From positions 44,096,001 through 44,160,000 of the forward strand of contig CP068257.2 of NCBI GenBank assembly GCA_009914755.4: a stretch of DNA of 64,000 nucleotides. The letters run 5' to 3'. This document shows positions 47,421-58,232 of the stretch, one piece after another; the first letter of the stretch is position 1; every line of letters starts with the position of its first letter. Position numbers and translations under genes: made by a program. The notes under the pieces are model-generated. The model saw only the letters and a program-made list of their open reading frames with translations, did not search any database and was not told the origin of the DNA. The DNA comes from the human T2T-CHM13v2.0 reference genome, Homo sapiens.

Positions 47421-47738
47421 TCACTTTTTAATGGGACTATTAAACCAGAAGCTTTGTGGTTTTATTTCTGGGTTCTCTATTCTGCTCCAGTGATCTCTGT
47501 GTCTATTTTTATATAAGTGCCATACTGTTCTGGTTACTGTACCCTTGTTATATATTTTGAAGTCAGATAATGTAATGCCTCCAGCTTTGTTCTTTTTGCT
47601 CAGGATTGCTTTAGCTATTTGTGCCCTTTTTTGGTTCCATATGGATTTTAGAATTTTTTTTTCTAATTCTGTGAATGAGGTTGGTATTTTGATAGGGCTT
47701 GCATTGAATCTGTAGATTGCTTTGGGCAATATGGTCAT
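47421..47738 (-). pseudogene. L1 ORF2p C-terminal remnant (inside nested L1)
   Basis: The 105-aa ORF '[95 protein letters not shown]' parallels the L1 ORF2p segment '[97 protein letters not shown]'. Stop codons truncate it on both sides. Confidence 0.85.
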
Positions 47739-48024
47739 TTTAATGATATTAATTCTTCGTATCCACGAACATGGGATGCTTTTCCATTTGTGTCATCTTC
47801 AATTTCTTTCATCAGCACTTTGTAGTTTTCCTTATAGAAATCTTTCCTTTCCTTGGTTAAATTTATTCCTAGGTATTTTGTGTAGCTGTTGTAAATGTGA
47901 TTGTCTTCTTGATTTCTTTCTTGACTAGATCACTATTGGTGTGTGGAAATGCTGCTGATTTTGTATGTTGATTTTGTATCCTGCAACTTACTGAATTCAT
48001 TTATCACATCTAAAAGTTTTATGG

Positions 48025-48314
48025 GGCCGGGCGTGGTGGCTCACACCTGTAATCCTAGCACTTTGGGAAGCTGAAGTGGGCAGATCACAAGGTCAAGAGA
48101 TTGAGATCATCCTGGCCAACATGGTGAAACTCCATATCTACTAAAAAAAAATGCAAAAATTAGCTGGGCGTGGTGGTGCGTGCCTGTAATCCCAGCTACT
48201 CGGGAGGCTGAGGCAGGAGAGTCCCTTGAACCTGTGAACCGAGATTGCGCCACTGCACTCCAGCCTGGCGACAGAGCAAGACTCCATCTCAAAAAAAAAA
48301 AAAAGAAAAAAAAG
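48025..48314 (+). mobile_element. Alu (AluS/Y-like), sense, inserted into the nested L1
   Basis: 'ggccgggcgtggtggctcacacctgtaatcctagcactttgggaagctgaagtgggcagatcacaaggtcaagagattgagatcatcctggccaacatggtgaaactccatatctactaaaaaaaaatgcaaaaattagctgggcgtggtggtgcgtgcctgtaatcccagctactcgggaggctgaggcaggagagtcccttgaacctgtgaaccgagattgcgccactgcactccagcctggcgacagagcaagactccatctc' plus an A-rich tail. Confidence 0.95.
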
Positions 48315-49324
48315 TCTTTTTGGTGGAGACTTTAGTTTTTTCTGGATAAAATTATATCATCAGCAAAGAAGGACAATTTGACTTCCTCTTTTTCAACTTG
48401 GTTTCCTTTTATTTATTTCTCTTTCCTGGCTGCTCTGGCTAGGACTTCCAGTATTATGTTGAATAGGAGTGGTGAAAGTACGTATCTTTATCTTCTTCTA
48501 ATTCTTAGAGAGAACACTCTTAGCTTTTCTCTAGTATTATGTTGGTTGTGGCTTTGTCATATATGGCTTCATTATTTTGAGGTATGTTACCACTATGCTT
48601 AGTTTGTTGAGAGTTTTTATCATGAGGAGATGTTGAATTTTATCAAATGCATTTTTGCATTTATTGAGATGGCCATATGGTTTTTATCACTCACTCTGTT
48701 ATGTGATATATCATGTTTATTGATTTCTGTATGTTAAACCATACTTGTATTCCTGGTATAAATCTCACTTGATTATGGTGTATTATTTTTCTGATGTGCT
48801 GTTGGATTTGGTTTGCTAACATTTTGTTGAGCATTATTGTGTCTGTGTTCATCAGGGATATTGGCCTGTAGTTTTATTTTGTTGTATTCTTGTCTGGTTT
48901 TGGTGTCAGGGTAATGCTGCCCTTGTAGAATGAATTAGGAAGATTTCCCTTCTCTTTGATATTTTGGAGTAGTTTCTGGAGGATTAGTATTAGTTTTTCT
49001 TTGTACTTTTGGTAGAATTCTGCTGTGAATTCACCTGGACCTGGACTTTTCTGTATTGGGAGGCTTTTACTACTGATTCAGTCTCACTATTCCTTATTAG
49101 TCTGTTCAGGATTTTTATTTCCTCCTGACTCAGTCTTGGCAGGTTGTATACTTCCAGGAGTTTATCCATTTCTTCCAGGTTTTCTAGTTTGTGAGTATAT
49201 AGCTTTTTTTTTTTATAATAGTCTCTGATGATCTTTTGTATTTCTGTGGTATCAGTTTAATTAATGCCTCCTTATTCATTTCTGATTTTGTTTTCTTTGG
49301 TTCTTCTCTCTTCTTTTTTATTTA

Positions 49325-49620
49325 AAAAAATTTTTAGAAACAGGGTCTCACTCTGTTACCCAGGCTGGAGTGCAGTGGCATGATCACAGCTCACTGCAGC
49401 CTCAAACCCCTGGGTCAAGCAGTCCACCAGCCTCAGCTTCCCAAGTAGCTAGGACTACAGATGGGTACCACCACTCCTGGCTAACTTTTTAAATTTTTCT
49501 TTAGAGATAAGGTCTTGCTATGTTGCCCAGACTGGTCTTGAACTCCTGGCCTTAAGCAGTCTTCCCACACTGCAGCTCTCAAAGTGCTGGGATTATAGGC
49601 ATGAACCACTGTGCCCAGCC
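49325..49620 (-). mobile_element. Alu (AluJ-like), antisense, inserted into the nested L1
   Basis: 'tttttagaaacagggtctcactctgttacccaggctggagtgcagtggcatgatcacagctcactgcagcctcaaacccctgggtcaagcagtcc' runs to '..gggattataggcatgaaccactgtgcccagcc'. Confidence 0.9.
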
Positions 49621-50513
49621 TTCTTCTTTTCTTGGTTAGTCTAGCTAGTGGTTTATCAATTTTGTTTATCTTTTTGAAAAGCCAAGTTTTTGTTTCATTC
49701 ATCCTTTGTATTATTTTTCTGGTCTGTATGCCATTTAGTTCTCCTCTGATTTTTATTATTTCTTCTCTTCTGCTAATTTGGGGTTCAGTTTGTTTTTGCA
49801 CTTCCAGTTCCTTGAGATGCATTATTAGACTGTTAATTTGTAAGCTGTCTGCTTTTTTCAGGTAGGCATTTATTGCTATAAAATTCCCTCTTAGCTCTGC
49901 TTTTGCTGTATCACACAGGTTTTCGTATGTTGTGTTATTTTCATTTGTTTCAAGGATTTTTTTTATTTTCATTTTTTCTTTATTGACCCAGGAACATACT
50001 GAATTTCCATCTATTTGTGTAGTTTCCAAAGTTCCTGTTGGTATTGATTTCTGGTTTTATTCTGTTGTGGTCTAAGAAGATAGTTGATATATGATTTTTA
50101 AAAATTTTTTGAGACTTGTTTTGTAGTCTGTCCTGGAGAATGTTCCTTTCATGTGCTGATGAAAATGAATATTCTGAAGTTGTTGGGTAGAGTGTTCTGT
50201 AAATGTCTGTTAGGTCTATTTGGTCTGAAGTCCAATTTAAATCTAATGTTTCTTTGTTGATTTTCTCTCTAGAGTGAAAATCACTCTCTGAGAGTGGGGT
50301 GTTGAAGTCCCCCACTGTTTTTGTACTTGAGTCTCTCTCTCTCCCACTGTTTTTGTACTTGAGTCTCTCTTTCTCTCTCTCTCTCTCTCTCTGTCTGTCT
50401 CCCTCTTTAGATCTAGTAATGTTTGCTTTATGAATCTTGATGCTCTGGTGTTGGGTATATATATATATATTTAGAATTGTTATATCCTCTTCCTGGATTG
50501 ATCCATTTATCAT
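49481..50513 (-). pseudogene. L1 ORF2p N-terminal (endonuclease domain and following region) remnant, frame-shifted
   Basis: Two overlapping ORFs in different frames, 49481-50029 and 49980-50513, together parallel L1 ORF2p 'KGSIQQEELTILNIYAPNTGAPRFIKQVL..GDFNTPLSTLDRSTRQKVNKDTQELNSALHQADLIDIYRTLHPKSTEYTFFSAPHHTYSKIDHIVGSK...[118 protein letters not shown]'. A frameshift lies near 50000. Confidence 0.88.
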
Positions 50514-51044
50514 TATTTAATGACTTTGTCTTTTACCTTTCTTGACTTAAAGTCTATTTTATCTGATATAACTGTAGCTTCTGGTCACTTTTGGTTTCCA
50601 ATTTGTACAAAATATTTTTTTCCATCCCTTTAATTTCGGTTCATATGTGTCTTTACTGACAAGGCTAGTTTCTCGTAAGCAGCATTTAGTTGGATCATGT
50701 TTTTAAAATATATTCAGCCGTTCTGTTTCTGGAGCATTTAACCTGTTTGCATTTGAGGCGATTATATGACAGGTTTGTTTCTGTCGTATGGTTGTTTTCT
50801 TGCTTTATGTATTCTTTGTTTCTTTTTCTCTTATTAATTTGGGTGGATTTTTCTAGTGGTACCATTTAAGCCATTTCTGTTCCTTCTTTGTGTGATGCTT
50901 TACCACTGAGTTATGTTTTCATGTATTTTCATGTTGGTAAATGTCATCTTTGTACTTCCAGGTTTAGGACTCCCTTGAGCATTTCGTGTAGGGATGATGT
51001 AGTGGTAACAAATTCCCTCAGCATTTGCTTGTCTTGAAAGGACT

Positions 51045-52008
51045 TTATTTACAAAGCATAATTTTGCTGGATATAGTCTTCTTGGATGGCAGGTTTTTTT
51101 GTTTTTTGTTTTTTTCCCCCATTACTTTGAATATATCATCCCATTCTCTTCTGGCCTGTAAGGTTTCTGCCCAGAAATTTGCTGTCAGTCTGAAGGGATT
51201 TCCTTTATAGATGACTAGATGCTTTTCTCTTGATGTTTTTAGGATTTGCTCTTTATCTTTGGCTTTAGAGATTTTGACATAATATGCTACAGAGAAGACC
51301 TTTTTGCATTGCGTCTGCCTGGGAATCACTGAACATTCTTTATCTAAATGTCTAAATCTTCTGCTAGACTTGAAAAGTTTTCATCTATTATTTCATTAAA
51401 TAGGTTTTCTAGTTCTGCCTTTATCTCTTCACCCTTGGGGATACTGATATTTAGAATATTCTATCACTTTATGTTGTTCCAAATGTCATAAAGGATTTCC
51501 ATATTCTTTTTTATCTTTATTTTTATCTGACTGGATTATTTCCAAGGACTTGTCTTCAAGTACAGAGATTCTTTCTTCTGCCTGATTTAGCCTATTGTTG
51601 AAGCTTTCAAATGTATTTTGTATCTCCTTCAATGAATCTTCAGTTCTAGAATTTGTTTTTTTTTTAAGTATTTGTCCCTTTCATAAATTTCCCATTTATA
51701 TAATGAATTCTTTTTCTGATTTCTTTGTATTATTTTTCAGAATTCTCTTGTATCTCACTGAGCTTCCTTAAAATCAATATTTTGAATTCTTTATTTGGGA
51801 TTTCAAAAATTTCTTTTTGATTAAGATCTATTATTGATGGAGAATTATTGTGTTCCTTTGGGGAGGGCCTTTTTTTTTTTTTTGGTTTCTCATGTTTCTT
51901 GTGTTCATACTTTGATGTCTGTTCTGCACTTCTAGTATAATAGTTGCTTCTTCCTATTTTTGAATTCACTTCATAGGGAGGACTTTTTCCTGAAGATGAA
52001 TCTGTCAT
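51045..52008 (-). pseudogene. L1 ORF1p remnants (two ORF pieces, interrupted)
   Basis: 51045-51329 translates to '..HLVIYKGNPFRLTANFWAETLQARREWDDIFKVMGEKN..' (compare L1 ORF1p 'RVTLKGKPIRLTADLSAETLQARREWGPIFNILKEKNFQPRISYPAKLSF'). 51730-52008 is a Lys/Glu-rich N-terminal coiled-coil-like piece. Confidence 0.8.
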
Positions 52009-53499
52009 GTTGGTTGGGATATTCTGGGTTTGATTCTGGGTGCATGCAGTAGTGAAGTCTCTGTATGATATCTTTGTCTGTAAACAGCATTGGTGGTGTC
52101 TGTGATTTCTTCAGTAGGTTAGGGTGCAGTTAGTAGTGGAGCTGTGCTGAAGTTGTGCTGGGGACTGGGATGCCAGGTGAGCCAGACTTAAGGCCCCACT
52201 AGAGGCAGCATTGGATTGAGCGTGCCCATCTTTATGTCCCAGGGTGGCATATCCTGGCACCTATGCTGGTGGTTACCAGTAGGCCGATTATTGGGCCTCC
52301 ATGTGTCTTGCTTGGATACTGGTAATAGCAGCAGTGGACCAAGCTGGTGGGTGGGTTCTTGCGCCCCTGGGAAACTGGCATGGGCGATGACAATAGCAGT
52401 GGTGGGATGATACTCTGGGTCCTAGGCAATGTACATTTATGTTGGTGGTGGCTGTGATGAGCAGGGAGGGCCAGTCGTCAGATCCACAGGTGGTACTTGC
52501 AGGTAGGTGCCAGCTGAGGTGATAGCAGCTGGGAGATGAGACCCAAACTCAAGCCCCTGGAAGGAGTGCTAAGGCACCCACAATGGTGGATTGGGTTGGG
52601 CAATGCCTGGGACCCTGGGCTACATGCTCTGTCTTGGAATAGGGTAAGAGGGTGAAATTGGGCTGGGTGGGCTTGTGTTCAAGCAAGACCCCCCAGTAGT
52701 GAGGGCAGGTACCAGCTTTGGTTGGCAGGGGTGGGTCGATCCTCAGGCCCCAGGTGGAGTGCTGGGTGAAGAGTGGGAGCAGCTGCACTGATCCCTGCCA
52801 CTGGAGCAGGTGGGTCCATCCTTGGTGGCCAAAGCCTGGGTTGATGGATAGGGAATGCACACCCCTCTCAGCTCCCAGTCCCCACAGGGCTTGCCCCCCA
52901 GCCCTGGTGGCAGTAGGCTGTGCCTCACTTGGTTCTTATCCTCAGCTGTGGGAGCACTCCCAGCTTGTTCCCCAGTCCCAGCAGCGACAGCCTGAGTTTC
53001 CATAATGCCTCAGTAGCTGTTGGGCCCTAGGACATCACGCAGTCTGCCAAAGGCTAGGTTTGAAAATGGTGCCTTGCTGTAGCCACTGAGGTCTCAGGGA
53101 GTTGTAGGACCCAGCATGAGCTCCCTCCCTGAAGCAGCTCTGTCCCACAGTCTCCTGGCATCTCCTGATGTTATTTTCAGGGCTGGCGAGGGTTGAGGGA
53201 GTCTCCCATGGCCAGAATTGCATGATTTCTTGGTGGGGATGTGGGCCACTGGAAGTTTCTCACTCAGCCTTTCCTTGTGTTGGGAAGTCACTCTTGGCTC
53301 CTGACCAATCCCAGCCAGGCAGGCTCCCCCTCTTCCTTTTCCTTAACTCGCTTTTGGTATTTCCTGTTACTTCTCTGTTGAATTCACATTCTCTCTTGGG
53401 TAATGTATTCAGAAAGTGACTGTACATTCTTTTGGTTCTTCAAAGTGGAGGAGGTGGGCATAAATTGCATCTCGTCATCCATCTTGAAGCTCCTCTCCA

Positions 53500-54060
53500 T
53501 GAAAAAAATATTATTTTTAATAACATTAGAAATCTAAGTTGGACAAGAGATGTTCAACACTTGAACACGTAAAACTACAAAATATTGCCAACAGAAATTG
53601 TTGAAGATAAATACATTGAGAGATATACCATGTTCGTTGTTAAGATGACTCAATATTGTTAAGATGTTAATTCTCCCCATGTTGATCTATAGAATCAATG
53701 AACTCCCAATCAAAGTCCCAGAAGGCTTTTCATAGACATTTGACTATAACAGTACTTGGTTTTATGACTTATTATAGGCTGCAATAGTCAATGCAGTGTG
53801 GTATTGCTGTTAAGATAGACAAGTAGATCAGTGGATCAGAATAGAAAGTCTGGAAATAGGCCTGCACAAACGTGGCCAATTAATTTTCAACAACAGCGCC
53901 CAGGCAAATTAGTGGGAAAAGGCATAGCTTTTTAAACAAATGGTCCTGGAATAATTGTATATCCATGTGAAAAAAAAATCCTATACTTTTTGTCATTTAT
54001 AAAAATTACAGTAGATCAGGAATTTCAATCTCTAAAACTCAAAAATATATAATTTCTTGG
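53500..54060 (+). mobile_element. Old LINE-1 (L1M) ORF2 C-terminal region, sense; continuation of 45340-45870 after the nested L1
   Basis: Translation gives '..LNKWSWNNCISM.KKNPILFVIYKNYSRSGISISKTQKYIISWRK', which parallels L1 ORF2p '[49 protein letters not shown]'. Confidence 0.8.
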
Positions 54061-54061
54061 A

Positions 54062-55045
54062 GAAAACGTGAGGCGTTCTTTGTGACCGTGTGATCTTGCG
54101 TGAGGCAATGTTTTCCTAGTTATGACTTTCAAAGCATTCGTCTCAAAATACACACATTTATACACTGGGCTTCATAAAATTAAAAAATTTCTGCTCTTCA
54201 AGATACACTGTTGTGATTTTTTCCTCTGATTTGATATTGAAGTCTCTCTCTGGAAAGAGGTTATAAATTCTAGTTATGATCTGATGGGGCTCCAAGGTCA
54301 TAGATGTTTACAGTATACTTTAATGGGATTCTTCTTTATCCTGACAGGCAGTCTAATGCCTACTTAGGCACCTGGTCCAACCTGTGACGAGGTGTCCCTT
54401 TCACGTGAAACTTGTTTATGCTGGCTGATGTCCTTGTGGCCCTTGTCTGACTGTGTCTAGTTTATTCTTGCCAGGGTGGCCACTCTCTAAGAGAGGCCTG
54501 ATCAGGACAGGAGAGTTGGGTCTGGGTGTGTGGCTCGGGTGAAACACACAGGAGACAGCACAGCAGAGCATGAAGCAATGGAAGCATTTGTATTAAGTAA
54601 TATGATCTCAGAGAGAAGAGGACAGCCATGCAGGGCCAGTAGGCAGTGGAAAGCCATGTGGGACATGTGCACTCAACCAGCAGGTGGGGAGCAAGAGAGA
54701 GAGAGAGCCAGGGACCGATGCGCCAACACTTTTATTGGAGTCTAGGGCATTACTCAAGCTGGTTTCCTGCAGGGAATTTTAGTTTGTGGGTTTAGATCAA
54801 GCAGCCACAAGCTCCGTGGGATCACACTGACTGAGAAGGTGTCAGTGGGGTACATCTGGGCAGTCATTTGGGCTGTGGGGGTAAGTGGGGGAATCAAGTA
54901 GGTTGTGTCTAGCTGTCCCACAGGAAGGTGATCACCAGGAGGCTGTGGTGTAAGGCAGATATCTGATCAACCACCTTGAGGACCCGGGAGGAGGTAGAGA
55001 ACTGGAAAGTTTGTCAAGGATGACCAAGCCCTGCTCCTGGTATAA
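54062..55045. mobile_element. Unclassified ~1-kb insertion inside the old L1 (possibly LTR/ERV-derived or another interspersed repeat)
   Basis: L1 ORF2 homology stops at 54060 ('..ttcttggag') and resumes at about 55045. About 150 bp of L1 is missing relative to the consensus. The intervening sequence, 'aaaacgtgaggcgttctttgtgaccgtgtgatcttgcgtgagg ... ccctgctcctggtataagaaag', has no L1 or Alu similarity. It includes a (GA)n run and the segment 'ggaccgatgcgccaacacttttattggagtctagg'. I cannot assign a family from memory. Confidence 0.3.
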
Positions 55046-55985
55046 GAAAGTCCAACCTATATTCAGAATGGATTCTGAGGCAACATAATATTATAAAAAT
55101 TCACTACATTCTCTTACATGGGTAAGAGAATGGAAAAACAAGCCACAGACTGGGAAAAACATTTGCAAATCACATATCTAATGTATCTAACATGTGTAAA
55201 GAACTCTTAAAATGCAGTACTAAGGAAATAAAGAACAAACAAAAATGGCTGCAAGATTTGAACATCCATTTCACAAACGAAGACATGTGACTGGCATATA
55301 AGTACATAAATAGATGCTCAGCGTCATTGTCATCAAGGAAATGTGAATGAGAACCACGATGAGAAACCACTCGGTGTAACTGACCATACTAAGTATGGGC
55401 AAGGATGGGAAGCATCTTTCATATACTGTTGGTGGGAATGGGAAATGGTACAGTTACTTTGGAAACATTTTGGCAATCAAACCAAGAGCTTATTAAATAC
55501 GTACCTACCAACATCCCACTAGAAGGTATTTCCCCAAGAGGAGTGAAAGCATATTTCCATACACCTTTGAACAGGAACATCTGTAGCAATTTGTTCATAT
55601 TGCAAATGTCTATCCATACTTGAATGGCTATACAAATTGTTGTACATCTATATAATGGAATACTGAGTGAAGTGTATCCATATAGGTGTGTACATATGTT
55701 AAAACATTTCAATTTGCATATTTACAATATGTACATTTTATTATATGTCAGTTACCTGGCAACCACTCACTTGCCTTCTGACGCTACAGAATTTACTTTC
55801 ACTGAAAGTTTATATAAATGGAAATGCACAATATATATACTTACGATTTTTGGTCTGGCTATTCTTACTCATCATAACTCTCAAGATTCGTCAGTGCCGT
55901 TATGTGTATCAGTAGTTCATTCAGTATTCCATTATATATCTCAAAGCTGATTTTTTTTTCCCCCAAAGAAAGCAGCATTCCTTTT
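55045..55985 (+). mobile_element. Old LINE-1 (L1M) ORF2 C-terminus + 3' end, sense
   Basis: '..acagactgggaaaaacatttgcaaatcacatatctaat' translates to 'TDWEKIFANHIS', as in L1 'QPTEWEKIFANHISDKGLIS'. Further on, 'CSASLSSRKCE' parallels '[26 protein letters not shown]', and 'tgttggtgggaatgggaaatggtacagttactttggaaacattttggc' parallels 'tgttggtgggagtgtaaattagttcaaccattgtggaag'. The 3'-end tract 'ttcattcagtattccattatatatct...gatttttttttcc' follows. Confidence 0.85.
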
Positions 55986-55994
55986 TGGAGCAAG

Positions 55995-56700
55995 ATAACA
56001 TTGTCCATAGTCTCAATTATTTTTTAACCATGATGTTCAGTACTCAGTAAAAAATTTTGAAGCATGCTAAAACAAGAACAGTAAGTGAAAGACGAGATAA
56101 AAACGTGAGAAATAGACCCAGAGATGATTTGTATAATTGCATTACCAGATAAGAACTTTGAAATATCTAAGATTAGTATGTTTTTTAAAAAAGAGAAACA
56201 GACAGAAAAATATATGAAAAGATGGAGAATTTCAAGTGGAATCATCTATAATAAGAATCAAATGGACATTTTAGAATTGAAACATATAGGATCTGAAATT
56301 AATAATTTACTAGACGTGCCTAACAGAAGACTGAACACAGTAGAAAACAGGCACAGTGCATTGGGAGGCAGTTCAGTGCAGTCAGTCTGTGTTGAAGCAC
56401 AACAGAAAAAAGGATGGAGTCATTCAAGGTAGAATGCAAGAGGCCTGCAGGATGGAGTCAATGGTCAAATGTCATGTAATGAGCATCCCAGGAAGTAGGG
56501 GATCAGAAAAATATTTGAAGACATAAAGATCAGAGATTTTTCTAAAGCATCAAAAGACATTTATATTCAAATTCATGAAACAGCCTACCCTGAAATGAAC
56601 AAATTAAAAAAGCAAGCAAACAAGCAAGCAAACTTTTCACATCTGGGCATATCATTATTTGTTGCAAACCAAAGACAAAAAAAATCTTAAAAGCAACCAG
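55995..56700 (+). mobile_element. Old LINE-1 ORF1-region fragment, sense (separate 5' piece)
   Basis: Translation gives 'KNQMDILELKHIGSEINNLLDVPNRRLNTVENRHSALGG...' and '...KIFEDIKIRDFSKASKDIYIQIHETAYPEMNKLKKQ'. This parallels L1 ORF1p '..LFEEIIAENFPNLGKETDIQIQEAQRVPNKINPKR'. Confidence 0.6.
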
Positions 56701-58232
56701 ATTTTAAAATGGTCCATTGCTCTCCAAGGAGCCCAGCCGGCATACGGCACAATCTCGTGGTGGGCACAGCATACACTTCTCTGTGAGGCATGTCGCTGAG
56801 TGGAACTGCTGTGTCGCAGGTTACACGGAGCTTCAGCTTTGCTGACTGATGCCATTCTGGCTTTCTCATGTAGTTTGTACTCCCACTAGCAGAATACAGA
56901 CTGATCTCATATAATGACCATTCAGGCAACCACTTTCCTCCATAATTGCTCTTCAAAAGCTATACCAAGTTTTGGAAAGCAACATCTTCCCCCTTTCTCG
57001 CCCAGATAATGACATTTTTGCCCAAAAATATGCTAAATAAACTATATGGAGTAATATTGCAGAAATATGGTTTTGGTTTTAATTTGTAAATCTTAATTTA
57101 CAATCCGTCACTAATGAGGCTGAGCATCTTTCCATGTGCGATTGGCCATTTGGAGCTCCTCTTTCATGAAGTGCTTTTCTTGGTTTTCAGCCATTTTTCT
57201 ATTGATGTCTGTGTTATGTATCAGGGATGATCAGGCTGGTCCGAGTTGTTTTCACCACAATTTTCATGGTAGAAAAAAGTGTAGCAAAGTATACAAAAAT
57301 CTTTAGAGAAAGAAATGATATTCTCAACAGTACATTTGCAACCTGTAAGAACTTGGGAAAAGTAATTCTCACAAGCATTGTTGAAAGAGCTCCTGGAGAT
57401 AGAACCAGAGGCCAAAAGAGGAATGGAGAAGGGGGGAAGGTCACAGAGAGTGGCGGTGGCCTCCCAGAGGCACAGCGCACAGCGGAGTGAGAAGTTAGGG
57501 TGAGGACGGGATTTTAACGTTGCAAGCTTCACAAGGTAGCCATGGTGATGGAGGAGGTCAGTGCACGGCCTGAGCTGCAGAGGCCAGGGCTGGAAAGATG
57601 GCCCTGTGCTCTTGGGGCCAACTGATGAGCTAGTAGGGATTTAAGAACATAGTTCAGTGATTACCAGTAAAAGAACCAAAACCAGCTGGATAACCTACTC
57701 ACGCCAGCAGTGGTGAGGGTGTGAAGATGGCAGTTTCCTCCTCACCCTTGGGGAGCCATCAGTTATTCTCCTTCCTGGACCAGGCCGTGAGCAGGACTTT
57801 CACACACACAAAGCACGGAATTCAGTGAGCATAGAAAAGAACTCAGACTCACTGAAAATGGTTGCAGTTTTATAGTTTTAAAACAGTAAAATGATGAGGT
57901 AACATTTTTGTGCTTTTCAGTTTGTCAAAGGTTAAAACATTGGAGAGTGAATAGTGTAAGCAGTGGTGTGAAAGAGCCCCTTGTCTACCTTGACAGGGAT
58001 GTAATTTGCAGAGTCCAGTGTGGAGAAGATTCTGGCTAACACCTCTGAAATAAAAAATGTACAATATTTCACTTTTTGTGCCAAGGTAGCTCTGAATGTG
58101 CTGATTCAAAAAAAATTTAAGGTGTTTTGATTGTAAAGAATAACATGGCAGGTATAGAAAAGGCATGAACATTTCACTCCTACCTGTGTAGAAAATTCCT
58201 GGATGGACCACCAGGGAATGTTAATAGTGACA

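Larger units (their letters stand above)
45880..53495 (-). mobile_element. Near-full-length LINE-1 (~7.6 kb including two Alu insertions), older primate family (L1PB/old-L1PA-like), antisense. 5'UTR-like, ORF1 and ORF2 remnants and the 3'UTR are all present but disrupted
   Basis: The antisense 3'UTR at the left end reads 'aatttatgggacacgtgaaattttgttacatgtgtataatgtgtagtgatcaagtcaggatatttaaggtgtccatcacc..ttagcttctacatataggtgagaacataagatatttgtctttttgtgcctggcttatttcacttaaggtaatgac'. ORF2 C-terminal remnants appear at 47421-47738 ([56 protein letters not shown]). ORF2 N-terminal/EN remnants appear at 49481-50513 (NIYIYTQHQSIKI..GDFNTPLS..DIYRTLYPTTSEYSFSSAH.. and ETNENNTTYENLCDTAKAELRGNFIAINAYLKK..EIIKIRGELN..INKIDKPLARLTKKRR). 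ORF1 remnants appear at 51045-52008 (..GNPFRLTANFWAETLQARREWDDIFKVM..). A 5'UTR-like GC-richer region at 52100-53490 completes the structure. Confidence 0.9.

Noticed and set aside
49481-52008. ORFs with clear L1 ORF1p/ORF2p similarity, considered as intact retrotransposon genes
   Set aside because: The homology is real, but the reading frames are broken by multiple stops and frameshifts. The EN/N-terminal pieces are in two different frames. ORF1 is in two separated pieces, and the RT region has no long ORF. The element is a dead copy and is annotated as a pseudogene or mobile element only.
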